Made by a program: the position numbers and the translations under genes. A DNA stretch of 64,000 nucleotides from assembly GCF_009914755.1 (NCBI RefSeq), contig NC_060934.1. One strand, 5' to 3'. Below the pieces are notes generated by a model. That model saw only the letters and a list, made by a program, of their open reading frames with translations, was not told the DNA's origin and did no database searches. Source of the stretch: the human T2T-CHM13v2.0 reference genome, Homo sapiens. Positions 28,261 to 41,644 of the stretch are shown here, piece after piece; the first letter of the stretch is position 1, and each line of letters starts with the position of its first letter.

Positions 28261-28570
28261 TAGTCGTTCCTTGGTATCAGTGGGGAATTGACTCTAGGAA
28301 TCCCCATAAATAACAAAATCGGACGTGCTCAAGTTCCATATACAAAATGGCATAGTATTTGCATATAACCTATACACATTCTCCTATATACCTTAAATCA
28401 ATTCTAGATTACTTATAATACCTAATATAATGCAAGTGTTATGTATATAATTGCTATACTGTTTTTGCGTTTTTTATTGTTGTATTACTTTTATTTTTTT
28501 CTGAATATTTTAAATCTAAGGTTGATTGAATCCATGAATGTGGAAATCATTCACAGGGATGGCCAACCGT
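28261..28570 (+). mobile_element. MER2 (Tigger family)
   Basis: 'gtcgttccttggtatc..tgctcaagttccatatacaaaatggcatagtatttgcatataacctatacac..gatggccaaccg'. Confidence 0.88.
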
Positions 28571-30270
28571 ATTACTTCATGTGCCTTCTATTTTGAAGTC
28601 TGCAATTGTTGTCTACTGACAGTTTCCAAAAATTTGAGGGTAAGAAATACAATGTCATTATGGTACTTTATAAACAGGAAAATTTTACTCTAATTTACTA
28701 CTCAGTTCTTCTTCTTTAAGATGTCATTGTTGCTGTCTTCCTCCTCCTCTTTCTCCTTGGTCTCCTTCTATTTTCATTATTCTTATTAATATCTGATGAA
28801 GTTATCTTTGTTAACTAATCCTCTGGGTAGGAGACTTACAGGTTAAATTTCATGCTTAATGAAAGATTTTGTTTACATTCAAATTAGTAGTATTTTCCTT
28901 CCTATTAGATCTCTTCTGTTGACAGGGCATTTTCCTGGCTTTTCCATGCTAGGCATGGAATGCTAGCATGCATTCTTCTGTTACCTTCTCTCCAGAGTCT
29001 TTTTCTGTGCAACTTAAACAGTCCTTTCACTGTTTCTTATACCAAATCTCTCTTTATTCCTAGAGTTTCCAACTAACCACAGGCTGATTCCAGAGAAATT
29101 TGGACATTGATTTATTGTAAAGCCTTATCCACTGCTCTAAGGAGGCAAGGTAACAATGCTATATTTTTGAATAAATGGGTTAGAAAACCAAACCCACGTG
29201 TAGTAGGATGAAACAATGGGATTTATGCTACACCTCATTTATTCTGACAGTTGTAAAATTCCAAATCTGATTATGTGTGTTGATGCAGGCAGAGGGTAGG
29301 AAAAAGGAAAGACATGTTATTGTCAAACCAATTTTCATAGCATCTCAAAGATCATTTAATTTTGGCTGAGACTGCTGGTCATGCAGGGGATTCTGAGTGC
29401 TCTTCCCTGTCTTATACTGCAAGAAAATAACTTAATAAGAAGTGACCCATGGAACTCTACCTTTCCATTGGCCCCCATCCCTGAGACCACTTGATGACCT
29501 TTGGTTTTGAAGCAATGTTATCTTCTGGTGGACATTAATCTAAAAGGTGACCAGGGCACTGGAGTGGGAGACACTGGGGATCTTAATTTCCTTTTCATTA
29601 AGTTTCTGACTTTAGATTCAATATCAAGACAGAAAAACAGAGAGCTAACAGGGAGGGAAATATGGAAAATAAAGACAGCTCCTGAGTAGATAAATCAATG
29701 TATGGAGACAGAAGCATATTTTACAGAATTATGAATTAATCACCAAGGTACAAGAATCAGAAATGATTAATAGTGCTTGCATCTAAGGGTGAGACTGCAT
29801 GTGGGAAGAAGCTGTGTGGAAAACCTTTGCTTTTTTTAGTGGGCTCACACACAAATACATACATGCACACACAGACACACATGAACACAGATATTCATTA
29901 TATATGTATGACTTTTATAAAAACTATACTAGTGATTATTTAAAAAATAGGTCTAGACCAAAGAGGCTAAATTTGATATAGAATATGAAATAAGTCTAAA
30001 AATAGCACAAATATCTTTCATAAACAAACCACATAATATTCTTTGGTGAGATAAATGTTCGTGGAGGTGAATAAGGAGAGAGGTTATTAAATTTTCTAAC
30101 AAATTTCTTTCAGAGACAGAGGACAAACAGATTATTTCCCAGAAACAAAGAGATTGAGAAGCTGACAGAGAAGAACAGAAGTACAGCAAGAAACAGGCAC
30201 AAAGACAAACACTGAGGAAGAAGCAAATGTGAATGTGAAACAAAAAAAAAAAAAAAGGAGAGATTGTTTA

Positions 30271-30547
30271 GGCCAGGGGTGGTGGCTCACGCCAGTAATC
30301 CCAGCACTTTGGGAGGCCGAGGTGGGCAGATCACAAGGTCAGGACATCAAGACCATCCTGGCCAACATGGGGAAACCCTGTCTCCACTAACAATGCAAAA
30401 TTAGCCGGGCGTGGTGGCTCATCCCTCTAATCCCAGCTACTTGGAAGGCTGAGGCAGGAGAATCCTTGAACTCGGGAGGTGGAGGTTGCAGTGAGCTGAG
30501 ATCGCACCACTGCACTCCATCTTGGCAAAAGAACTAGACTCTGTCTC

Positions 30548-30574
<27 letters not shown>
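30271..30574 (+). mobile_element. AluSc-like
   Basis: 'gatcacaaggtcagga..gaccatcctggccaacatgg'; long A tail. Confidence 0.92.
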
Positions 30575-30578
<4 letters not shown>

Positions 30579-30845
30579 AAATGTTTGACATTTTTTTTCT
30601 GGTAAGAATAAAGAGAATAGGCTGATAAGGAATAAAAGTAAAGTTTATTATTTTGTAGAAACAGGAATCAGTTCAGTAACAACATTTGATTCTCTACTAT
30701 AATTTGTCAGCTTTTACACAGGTAAGGGCATAGACCCATGTGTGTTTGTGTGTGTGTATACTTGTGTTGGAAATATTATCTGTGGAAGTGTATACAGTTT
30801 GAAAGTGAAACTAGCCCAGATGAGCGATTTAGGAGTCCTCTAGAT

Positions 30846-31129
30846 CATGGGTTCCCAACCCCTGAGCCACAAACCAGTCCTGGTCCCCGGCCTGTTAAAA
30901 CCTGGCTGCACAGCAAGAGGTGAGCAGCAGGTGAGTGGGAATTACCACCTGAGCTCCTCTCAGATCAGTGGTGGCATGAGATTCTCATAGGAGTGCAAAC
31001 TCTTGTGAACTGTGCATGTGAGGGATCTGGGGTATGCGCTTCTTATGAGAATCTAACTAATGCCTGGTGATCTGGGGTTTTTATCCACGAAACTGGTTCC
31101 TGTGGTGCCAAAAGGGTTGGGGGCCACTG
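30846..31129 (+). mobile_element. MER1B (hAT-Charlie)
   Basis: TIRs 'catgggttcccaacc' and 'ggttgggggccactg'; 'gattctcatagga..cttatgagaatc'; perfect 8-bp TSD ctctagat at 30838-30845 and 31130-31137. Confidence 0.92.
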
Positions 31130-32746
31130 CTCTAGATCCCTAGCTGCTCTGTTTAAGATTATAGTCATCAAGAAAGGAGATGCTTTCTATCCCTTTTTTG
31201 TTCTGAAAAAATGGCTTTGTGCCTGGCTTAAAAGGGTTTAGAGCACATTCATAGGCTTCTTTATAACATGATTCTTATTCAATGGAAAAATAAAAATCAG
31301 TAACGCAGTGCTGGTCAGCATAAACTCCTGGAGTGAAAAAGAAACACACATCTTGTAGATATTAGAGAACATATGAAAGTGGGAATTATTAATAAGGTAC
31401 TTCGGTCTTGCTATTGGCTTGGAACTAATTAGATTATATTATCCACAATGAGAAAGTTTTCATTTTACACCTGTTTTGCGGAGCTGGTGATATCCCAGGG
31501 GCTTTTTTGCAGGGATAGCTTCTTATTTTCGAATTTCCCGATGCCCCTGGATCTGAATGATCTGAAGCTCCTTTTAGAACACACAAAGAGCCTTTAGTCT
31601 GAGGCTACTTTTAGAGTACACAAGGTTGTGATTGCTTTTCTGATGCTTTATAAGATACACCCAATCTGTTTGAAGCGGTTTAAGGAGCCTGTGTAGCACT
31701 GGCACAGACTGGAAAAGAAGTGTGGCTGGTTCTGTTCATGACACCCCAGTGCAGCTCCAGATGGGGGAGTCAAGGGTGTGGGGATCAACAAGAATATCAA
31801 TGACTCCTTCCAAATTAAAAATGTATTAAAGCTAGAGACAGAATTGTTTTCTTATCTCTAACCCCTTTAAAACTCCCACAACAGTAGGCACAAAGTAGGC
31901 TAGCGATTATTAATATTTTCTGAGCTTCAGAAGCAAGGAGACGCTTGTAAATAGAACTTCATTGGTTTTGATTTAATGAATCTTGGGTGAAACTGAGGAA
32001 TCTCAAGGTATAGATATCACTTAAGGTAAATCTGGTGCCTGGGAGCCACTTTTTGAGAACTACTGTAGTTAATGTTCTTAGATTCATTTTTCCGTACCTG
32101 GGCTCGCTTGTTGGCCTGTCCCTGTTCTTTCCGTTAGCTCTCTTCAGCTTCCTCCCCACTGCCTTAAACTGACTCTAGACGGAAAGAATACTCTCTAAGA
32201 TTAAAAATGTCTGTCCATTTATCCCAGAAAGCGAGAGTCATGGAAGAAATAAGCCCAAACACAGAAAAAGAGACTTCATTTTCTCATTAGTATTCAACAG
32301 CAGTACATGTAGGAAGGTTTGACCTCTTTATTTTCATAGTTGAGAAATCTGGTATTCAGGGAACTCAAACGCCTGGGCCAAGATCCCACAGTTTAGAGTA
32401 AGTTGGGAAATGAATGACAGAGGCACTGGTAGAGATATAAGATTACAAGGGATGCAGAGGTCACCACGAACTGGAGGCTCCTGATTTTCATTTTAAGGGA
32501 TCAACATTTACATAAAAATGGATCATTAGTCTTTTAGAGATGAAGGTTTGGCAAAAAGTGGATCATGCTACACAGCCTGGCTTTAAAAACACAAAGCGCA
32601 AGATCTTAGTTTCAGTTTACACAATGACAAGTAAAAGCCATGTAAAGTGTACAAATCTGAAATATAAGGGTCTGGTCTTATATTTACTAATACTTAGGTC
32701 ATGTCTACCTTAAATGTGTCTGAGTGTTTATGACAGAGAGGGACAA

Positions 32747-32759
32747 AGAGAAAGAGAGA

Positions 32760-32795
<36 letters not shown>
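32747..32795. repeat. (GA)n microsatellite
   Basis: direct reading. Confidence 0.95.
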
Positions 32796-33419
32796 AAGGG
32801 AGGCAGAGGGGAAGAGGAAATAATACAAATAATTATGTAATTGATGATAATCATTTTTAATCAACCGCGAGAGAGAGGGGGAAAGGGAGATTTCCAGAAA
32901 AGAGGTTTATCATAGTTTCAAGCAAAAAACAAACAAACAAACAAAAAACCCTCTGAGTTGAAGTTTATCAAAAGATGGCATCAGACATACAGCCTCCATA
33001 ATTAAACCTGCTGCGTGTAACCCTTCCTTGAGAGAAGACAGGTATATTATGAGTTTCTCAGGTCATATGAAAAAACTCCATGTCATCCTAATTTCAAGCC
33101 TTGGTCAATCTTCAATGTGTTTTTTCCTTCTGCTAAAAATATATTTGCAATTTTATTCTGTGGGATCTACTTCCTGTCATTAATGGGTTGGAACAATGAA
33201 AGCACTTTGCCAAATATCTCAACTGTAAAATATAAATCATGTTTTATGCCATCAAGATGAGCAAAACATTTTTTCATAAATTTCCAGTTTCACCTATATG
33301 CAGTTTTGGCAAATATATAATTCCCAGGTAGCTTTGTGTAAACTGCTTGGCTCTGATGCTTTTTAATGACCTAAGTAATGTTTTGGAAGCAGCATCGCTA
33401 TGTTTTATAAAACCAAGTT

Positions 33420-34119
33420 ATTGATTGTCTAAGGACAATTTAAGATCAAGTTTGAAAGTCAGAGGGCCTTTGTGGCAGTATAAAATGAGGCTCTTATCTC
33501 TTCCAGCTGGAGAACAGAAAAAGACGTATTACAGTTTAAAGAGAGGGAAGCATCTATCAGAAGACACAGCACACTTTAAGGTTTGGCTATTTTCCAATCC
33601 CTTGTGCTGAGAGAACAGAAGACAAAGGAGTCATCTGTTTTGGAAGGACAATTAACCCCAAGCATGAGAAGGATGCAGTGTTGCTGTTACACAATGGGGA
33701 CAGGGAAGAAGTGTTTAGATATATGTCACATAAGGAGGACAGGAAAGATCACTGAGAGTATCCATGCAGCAGTTCTCATACTGTCCTATCCAATTTTTAT
33801 GGTACATTGACAAGTGCCTATGACCTGAGAAGCTCATGGTGATCTGGGCTCTGAAACCTCAGTGGGAGGATTTGGATTCACACAACCAGCTAAGCCATTT
33901 AGCCCAGTGGAGGTGTTAACAAAGTAACAGAAATCTAAATGTCCAATAGTAGAACATTGGGAAGGATTTAGAGTATCAGCTGCAGCCCTCAAACCAGTTC
34001 TAGCCACAGAGGCTACAGTTGGTCTTAATAATATATCTCTTGAAATTTCTCCAGGAAACGTCCCATCAAAATGTCAGAGACACTGTTTCTGATTAATCTG
34101 ATAGTGCCAAGGGTAGAAC
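33420..34119 (+). mobile_element. ERVL internal 3' fragment (HERV16/ERV3-16A3-like)
   Basis: 'aaggagtcatctgttttggaaggacaattaacccc..gctgttacacaatggggacagggaagaa' resembles the ERVL 3' internal region; abuts LTR16. Confidence 0.55.
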
Positions 34120-34534
34120 TTAGTAGATGCTGTTGTATGTTGCCTACACCCCCTGCAGGATTAATTCTTTCATTGTCTTAGCTGCCAGGAACGTCACCTA
34201 CTGAAAGGTCGCAGTTGCCTCCCTCCCCAAAAAATTGCTGGTGACTGATGGGAACTGACTCATATGAAGATAGACTCTTCTCCAGGGGAATTTCCTATCA
34301 ATGATAGGCCAATATGCTTCCTTTGCTTCAATATGGGACATTTTTGAAAAGTCTTTCCAGCCTCAGACTCCCCAGTGGGATTGGCCAAGGCCTCTGTTAC
34401 AACTACGACACTGTTCACCTTCTCTTTCCTTTTCCTCACTTTACAAATGTGGTTTCTTGGAAGACTTCCCAGAAAACTTCCTGAAGCAAATCTCAGCCAC
34501 AGAGATGATTTCTTGGTCAACCTAATCTATGACA
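34120..34534 (+). mobile_element. LTR16 (LTR16C-like)
   Basis: 'gtagatgctgttg..ccagcctcagactccccagtgggattggccaaggcctctgtt..aacctaatctatgaca'. Confidence 0.75.
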
Positions 34535-35280
34535 GTTCTTTTGATTTTTAATTTTTTTTTTCCAGAGCTCTCTGCTAGAAAACAGGGGAAGAAAAAAAAA
34601 TCTACCTTTGACTCAGTTTTGAAAATGTAACAACTGACAATCATCCTCAACTCCTCCCTCTCCCACAATGTTGGTCTTACTCATCCAACCAATAAATAAA
34701 CCTTCTCAGGGTGTTTGTAAAATCTTTCTCAAAACTATCTATGCTCCACTGATACTTACAATACCTTAGTTTTTCTGATACCCTAGTTTGAGTTATCATT
34801 ATCTGCCTTCGCTAATTTTTTTTCTCTCTTACCCTTTTAAATGTATTCTTCCACTGTAGTGAGAGTGATTTTTCCAACACACAATGGGTAAAGAACCAAA
34901 GCCTTAGCTTTTTCCTAGAGATCCTGCATGCGCCTGCCCTGCTTGCATCTGGAGCCTCAGCAAAGACCTTCCTTACTTCTTCCAACTTGCTATGTGCCTT
35001 TGAATTTTTGGACCTTTATACATATTGTCTTCTCTGCATAAAGTTCGTCCTCCAATTCAACATATGTAAATACTAAATCTAAGTCCTCTCATCAAGGAAA
35101 ATGGACTCTTATTCCAATAAATGACATTGTTTTAAGATAAAACAAAATAAAATTAACATATAGTTATATGCTGACATAATAGTTTTTACAAAATTTACCT
35201 AAGCATTTTTAGTCCTTTAAACTTTCCTTGTCATTTCTCAGAACCTCAATGTCAAAAACAATCTTTAAAGAAAATATTTA

Positions 35281-35542
35281 GGCTGAGTGCCGTGGCTCAC
35301 ACGTGTAATTCCAGCACACTGGGAGGCTGAGGCAAAAGGATTTCTTAAGTCCGGGAGTTTGAGACCAGCCTGGATAAGATAGCGAGAGCCTGTCTCCTCA
35401 AAAAATTAAAAAATCAGCCTGGCATGGTGACATGCACCTGTAGTCCCAGCTACTAAGGAGGCTGAGGCAGGATGATCCCTTGATCCTAGGAATTCCAGAC
35501 CTGGGTGACAAAGTGAGACCCAGTCTCTAAAATAATAATAAA
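35281..35542 (+). mobile_element. AluJ with a right-arm deletion
   Basis: 'ggaggctgaggcaaaaggatttcttaag..aggatgatcccttgatcctagga..gtgagaccc'. Confidence 0.88.
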
Positions 35543-36479
35543 GAATTGATTTATATCACCTAAGAAATTCCTAATGCATTGTGTCGTGAAGATTTCAATG
35601 AAATTAGTCATTACTGTTAGTTCTATAATATCCCCTGGAATGTTGTGTCTTTATCAAAAGTAGATGTTGGCCTGCTATAATGTATGAAACTTTGTTCTAA
35701 AATCTGTTTTAAAAAACGGATAAAAGCCATTAATAAAATATACTCACTTTCACGTCCTCGACATGAAGGAAGATTCAAAATAAATGAGCAAGTAAAAGAA
35801 CATTAATTAGCACATAATTAGCAATAGCAGAGTACAGTGCTCAATAATTTTTAAACAAATTGACTCTTGTACACGTTTGAGATGGAAGCATAGCCAAGTT
35901 CTCCTTGAGGTATGATTAATGTCACCCTACTATATAAATTCTCAAAACAACTCTCTTGTTAGAGAGGCAAAGTTTTATTTTATAAGGAACATCAATATCA
36001 GAATATAACTAACGTGTAACAGCAAGAAGGAAGGACATTTAAAGCATTACGTCTGCCTGTGAAGTGTAGAAATGCTGTGTGTTTCTGGAGATATAAAAAC
36101 AAATATTTAAACCAGCAGCAATGATATAATCTCAATGAAGTCTAAAATTATTAGAAAATTCTATTAAGACACTACCATTGTTAGAAAACTCAAAATAAAT
36201 CAATATTTGATTTTGAAAATTAGAAACCCTAGGTATGTGACAGCTAAATTTATAAAGAAGTATCTGTATCATCTTTCAGACACTGAGTAAATATTTAAAC
36301 TTGACCTTTAGCAGCATATAAAATGTTCTTTGCAAAATCCCTTATAATTTTTAGCTAAGTACTATATGAATTGTTCTAGCCAGCAACATTTTACTTTTAG
36401 CTAGAAAGAGGCATCAAAAGAGTTGACAGTGACAAGGATAAAGGAATCTGAACCAGCAGGTGTCTAAGCACTGTCATCT

Positions 36480-36660
36480 CTTCAGCAAAGGACCTGGACT
36501 TTGCAATCAGGAGGATCTGGGATAAATCCTTCCATTTCTCCTTGCTGGCTGTACATTTTTGGCCAGTTACTTAACATTTCAAAGCCTCAGTAATCACATC
36601 TGTTAAAAAATAACACATGCTCATGGGGTTGTGAAGATGCAATAAGCATATAAAATGGAG
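36480..36660 (+). mobile_element. MIR
   Basis: 'tggactttgcaatcagg..agttacttaac..gcctcagt..catctgttaaaa'. Confidence 0.75.
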
Positions 36661-36793
36661 AGACACATTCAAATATAAACAATGTGACCCCCAGGACCCA
36701 CAATCTTGAGTCTTACCCTAGACTTACAGGGTCCAGTACACATGAATTGTGCCTAACTCTCAGCACAATTGTGAACATTATCATTTTAAAATT

Positions 36794-36922
36794 CTTTTTT
36801 AGAGACAGGGTCTCCCTATGCTGCCCAGGCTGGACTGGAACTTGAACTCTTGGGCTCAAGCTATCCTCCCACCTCAAACTCCTGAGTAACTGGGACTACA
36901 GGTATGTGCCATGCTACTCAGC
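36794..36922 (-). mobile_element. FLAM / free Alu monomer
   Basis: 'agagacagggtctccctatgctgcccaggctgg..gggctcaagctatcctccc..tgggactacagg'. Confidence 0.85.
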
Positions 36923-37339
36923 AACATTGTAATTATTATAATAATAGTTGGAAGCAACTATAATTACTTAAAATAATGTTTTTGTTTTACATACAAATAT
37001 TGGTCCAAAACTGGTCAAGATGACAAGTGATTGAATTTGGTTATTTCATACTCAGAAACTGAGAAAGGTTCAGGAGAAAGTCAGATGATTCTGGAGGTGA
37101 AGAGCAGGAAAGAAAGGAGAAGAGTATGTGTGAGACATTGAGTAAGAAATGCATTTTCTGCATTTCTTCTGACTAATGCATGACTTCTGACTAATGAAGT
37201 CAATATGCTGTAATAAGCCTGTGTTTTATGTTTTTAAATGTCATGCCCATACAACGAAATGCAGAAACCTAAAGGGCATCAGCAGTGTACACCCACTTAT
37301 GGTAAAAAAGCTATGGTTATAGACCAGTATGGGGACCAT

Positions 37340-37650
37340 TCCAAGTGTGCAGAGATGAGAAATTAGGCTGAAGAGAGGGACAAGGGGCCAGATCTCAAAG
37401 GGACTCATGGGTCACATCAAGGAGTTTGTATTATGGCCATAATCAGCAGGGAGCATTTTAATCAGGGCATGTTTTAGTCAAATTTTGTATAATGTGGCTC
37501 ACGCTAGCAGTGGTGCGAAGCTTAGTTTGGCAAAGTGAGAGACAAAAGCAGGATAAATCATTTAAAACCCTCTAAGCTCCACTTTTCTCATCTGAAAAAT
37601 GGGATAACAATTGCCGATTGCAACTCCCAAAGTTGAAAATGACAGAAAAT
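37340..37650. mobile_element. L2 fragment followed by a MIR core
   Basis: 'ggggccagatc..aaggagtttgtatt'; 'ttttctcatctgaaaaatgggataa'. Confidence 0.55.
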
Positions 37651-38445
37651 TACATAATGTATAAGAAAGGATGCTGAAAGATGTAAAGTTCACTGAAGAA
37701 TAAAGATCAATATGTTGAATATGTGATAATTTTGGAATGTATATCACATTTGATTACAGTAGGGATCATGAGCAAGTAGTTCTGGCCCAGAGGAAAATAT
37801 TCAGTAGCAAATTAGTTGACCTCTTTCCATTTCCAGTTGCCTACCAACTCCACTGGTGACTCATGATAGAGGAGAATAATTATATGTAATTATATTGCTG
37901 TGACTAAATTGACAGTTCCCATACCCAAAAGCAATTCAAAGAGGGAAAAAGAAAAAAGAGTCTAGCCTGCACAATCACTGGGAGTCAAAGTTAAATCCAT
38001 TGAATCATTTTGCAGAACTGTGCAAACAGATGACTAAATGATTGGCAGAGATTGCTAGAGAAGGGGAGCTCGCCCTGCTGGCTCCTTTCCATTGGCTTAG
38101 GTGGTTGCCATTTCTTCTTGACTAAATCTTAGTTCTGATGCCTTTCCTGATTCAGAGAAGTGAAGGTTCCTGTAGTTTCAGCCTGCTGAAACTCAAAGAC
38201 ATCAGTAATTTTAATTTCCATCTTTATTTAAACAAATGGAAAAACTGCTCTATTGCCAAATATATTACACCTTGCCAATTAATCCATTAGCAAGGCTCCG
38301 TAGCTGAATTTCCCATTAAGGAAAACAATTTTCTCACAATTCACTTTTGGATTGAGTGCTGATTACCCTTTTATCTAAATTTTAACTATACAAAGCTGAG
38401 AAGTTTGAAAACCAAATGTGAAAAGCAACAGTGTGTGATATAGAT

Positions 38446-38787
38446 TTGTGCTGTCCTATACAGCAGCCATCAGCCACATCTGCCTCTTGGGCGTTTAAAA
38501 TGTGGCTAGTCCAAATGGAGATGTGCTCTAAGTGTAAAATGCAAACTAAAACCTGAAACTTATTACAAATACAAAGATGTTAAATGTCTCAAATAATTTT
38601 AATATTATATGTTGAAATGACAATATTTTGGATATATAGTTTGAAATATATCATTAAAATTAAATTTACTTGTTTCTGTTTTTGTTGTAAAAAGTATCCA
38701 CATATCTTAGTGTGAATTCTGAAAAATTTCACATTACATATGTACAGTGTATTTATGGCTTCCATATCCCCATGGGATAACACCAGT
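38446..38787. mobile_element. MER33 (hAT-Charlie)
   Basis: 'gtgctgtcc..agccacat..aatgtggctagtccaaatggagatgtgctctaagtgtaaaat..atgttgaaatgacaatattttggata'. Confidence 0.8.
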
Positions 38788-41644
38788 ATAGACCTTCTAT
38801 AGACATATGAGAAATGAAAGTAAAAACCATTGAATACATAGATGTATGCCAGGCTACTAGTTTACAATGAGGCAAGGACAAAAACAAGAACAAATCCAGA
38901 CAGGGCAAAGCACAGGGGCAGGAGGAGTATGGCAGATGATTTGGGAGCTGACAAAATTCTGACTTCAGAAATATCAGCTAGAAAAAGAAGATTCACATGA
39001 GCATGGCAGGTCTCAGTGGGCAATATCAAAAGGGCAGATACTACTGTAAGTTTTACTTGTTTGGAACACATGATGCATGAATGCACAGTCTAGGACAGGA
39101 GCACCTTACTTGAGCTCAGTTTCATTCTTCCTGCTGAGAGTGAATATTTCTTGTAAAACTGAAATCTCATGCGTATTATTGGGCACTCTAATTTTTTTCA
39201 ATCATTATAACATTATATCATGAACATTTTCATATGGCATAAAATTGCTTTCAAGGCTGCCATTTTTAATGGCTGTGTAATGGTCCATTAGATGGATATA
39301 TTGTCATTTATACAGTTATTCTTATATAACTGGACATTTATTTTATTTTGGCTACAGAAAATACATTTACAGCTACAGAAAATACCACTCTGGCCAGCAA
39401 TGTGGAGCCTCCATTGCCTTTTGTGAAAAATGGGCTTTTTGCAGATTAAATGAGATAGTTCATATTGTGGAAGGTATGGCATGTGGTAGAAGTTCCATGA
39501 AGTTCTTGTCACCTTCTTTATATAGAAGCATCAGTCATTTAAAAACTCGATAGACCCTCAAGAAGCCTTTTACTGATCTTACGTTGAGACAGCAGCAGCT
39601 TACTTAAGGTGAGCAGGTGAGCCTTGAAGAAGAATCCTCAACCTCTCTTGGTAACTTGACATAAACTCTCAAGGCTTCCTTTTCTTCTAAGTCATCTTCA
39701 ACTTTATTTCTCTGCTGTGTCCACGTGTAATATGCACTCAAGTTCTGTTGATTTTGCTCTCCAGGTATGTTTTTTTATCTGCCCTGTTTTTGTATTCCTG
39801 TTTCAAATGGACTAGCTCATAAACTGGTCATCTCTAACATGAATTATTGCAATAATCCCTTCATGAGCCTAGACTGTGATGATTAAATGAGATGAGGCAT
39901 TTCTGAATGTTAGCACAGGCCTTGACACATAATTAGCGTTCATTATGAATTAGTCAATAATAGTGATATAAAAATAATAACAGTAATGAAAAAATTCAAA
40001 ATGCAATATCTTATTATAACAAAGGATTACTAAGTGAATAATATATCTAAGGCAGAGAATAGTTACTATGGGAAACACTGAACCTTTGCTTTTCAGAAAC
40101 ATACACTGTATTTGGGGAGAGAAATAAGAATGCCAAGAGAAATTCCAAACAATTAAACAAATTACTTTAAACTAAGCAGATTTTTGCTCTAGTTCTGACA
40201 TCAAGTCACATTTTAAGAAACTTTAGTATGACAACCCAAAATGATTGTAAGTTAATTTACATCAAGTTTGTTATCTCCTTATAAATATCAAAGTGAGTTC
40301 TCATTAAAACTACTCAGAAAAACATATTAAATATGTCTTTCTAAATCCCTCTTACACTTGTCTCTACATTCACTGTAGCATATCCTTAATATGTCTCTCA
40401 TTTCCTTTATTTCACACTATTTTAAAAAATAGTTCGTTTTAACTCAACAGAAGACAAGCAGGTTCTTATGTTTTTTTTCCCTACCTCTTCTATCTCAGGC
40501 TCAGCAATTCACATCCTTGTGGCTTTTTAAATTTTTCTCTAGCTCCAGATTCTGCACTGTAAAAGAAAATTCAAGATCTGACATAGGAATCAATAACTGC
40601 TCCTTCAAAGAGGAAAGTAGGAAGGGGAGAGAAGATATTTTTAAGGCATACATTAATAAGTGAAAAATATAAAAAGTGTACAAATGATGCATGTTATTAT
40701 AATTATAAACAAACTGTATGCTGAGGCTGCATGGAGGCCACCAGTAATTTTTGCACGTGAGGCATGGATGGATAAGGCAGGAGGGTAGGGTTAATCATTT
40801 GCTCCCCAAAATAAGAAGGAGGGCTTGGGCTGCATTCCCCTCAGGGAAGGCCATGCTTTTGAGTTATAAAATAAATGACACTTAGGCTGATAAAAACTAG
40901 GCTGAGAGGCTGAAGATAGCAGCAACAGAAATTGTCCATAAGTTAACAGATAGAGGTGTGACACGGCATGCTGGAAACAGAGTTCTCTAGAGCGGCCTTC
41001 AGACCCATTCCTGTTTGCCCTCTGTGATCAATCTGCCACAGAAATATGATGGAAACACCTAGTCTGTGTAAAATAAATGGGTTTGCAAAAATGTAATATG
41101 GAATTTGGCCGATGTTATGGCTTTACAGAAATGAGATGATTTGAGATGTACTGTGTGTACAACTTTGCCAAGCCTCTGAGATGCTTCTTTAGCCCTGGGG
41201 GGCAGAGCAGGGCTTAGCAGTTATGCCATGGACCTTTACAATGTCTCTACCAGGAGGTGGAGTTTTCTGATATGAGTGTTTATAAAAGGCTAAGGAAACT
41301 CTCAGTTTTGTTGGCTCAGAAAGGCCCCATTTTCCTTCCCTTGGAATGTAGGTGTCTCCCAAGTGCCGGGCAAATAATCGTTTATGGGGCTGACATGAAT
41401 CGGTTTCTCCTCAATGCCTGACAAATAATTTCATATAGGACTGTGTCCTTCCCCGGTGTTTTTCTCACTTGAGGTGGTAGGGAAAGTTTTCTCTTAGGTT
41501 CATAAGGCCTGAAGGTACAAGTACAGAACTATGCCCAGTAATAGTTTCAGCTTTGTCAGGAAAAGCAGTCTGAAAGAGGAAAATAATTTACAAAAAGAAG
41601 AGAAGATGAGAGGAGAGGAGAAAATGGGTAAAATGAGTTACATC

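Noticed and set aside
30242-30256. A-run as the tail of a processed pseudogene (similarly 50528-50550 and 54001-54019)
   Set aside because: No convincing TSD, upstream polyadenylation signal or recognisable mRNA body.
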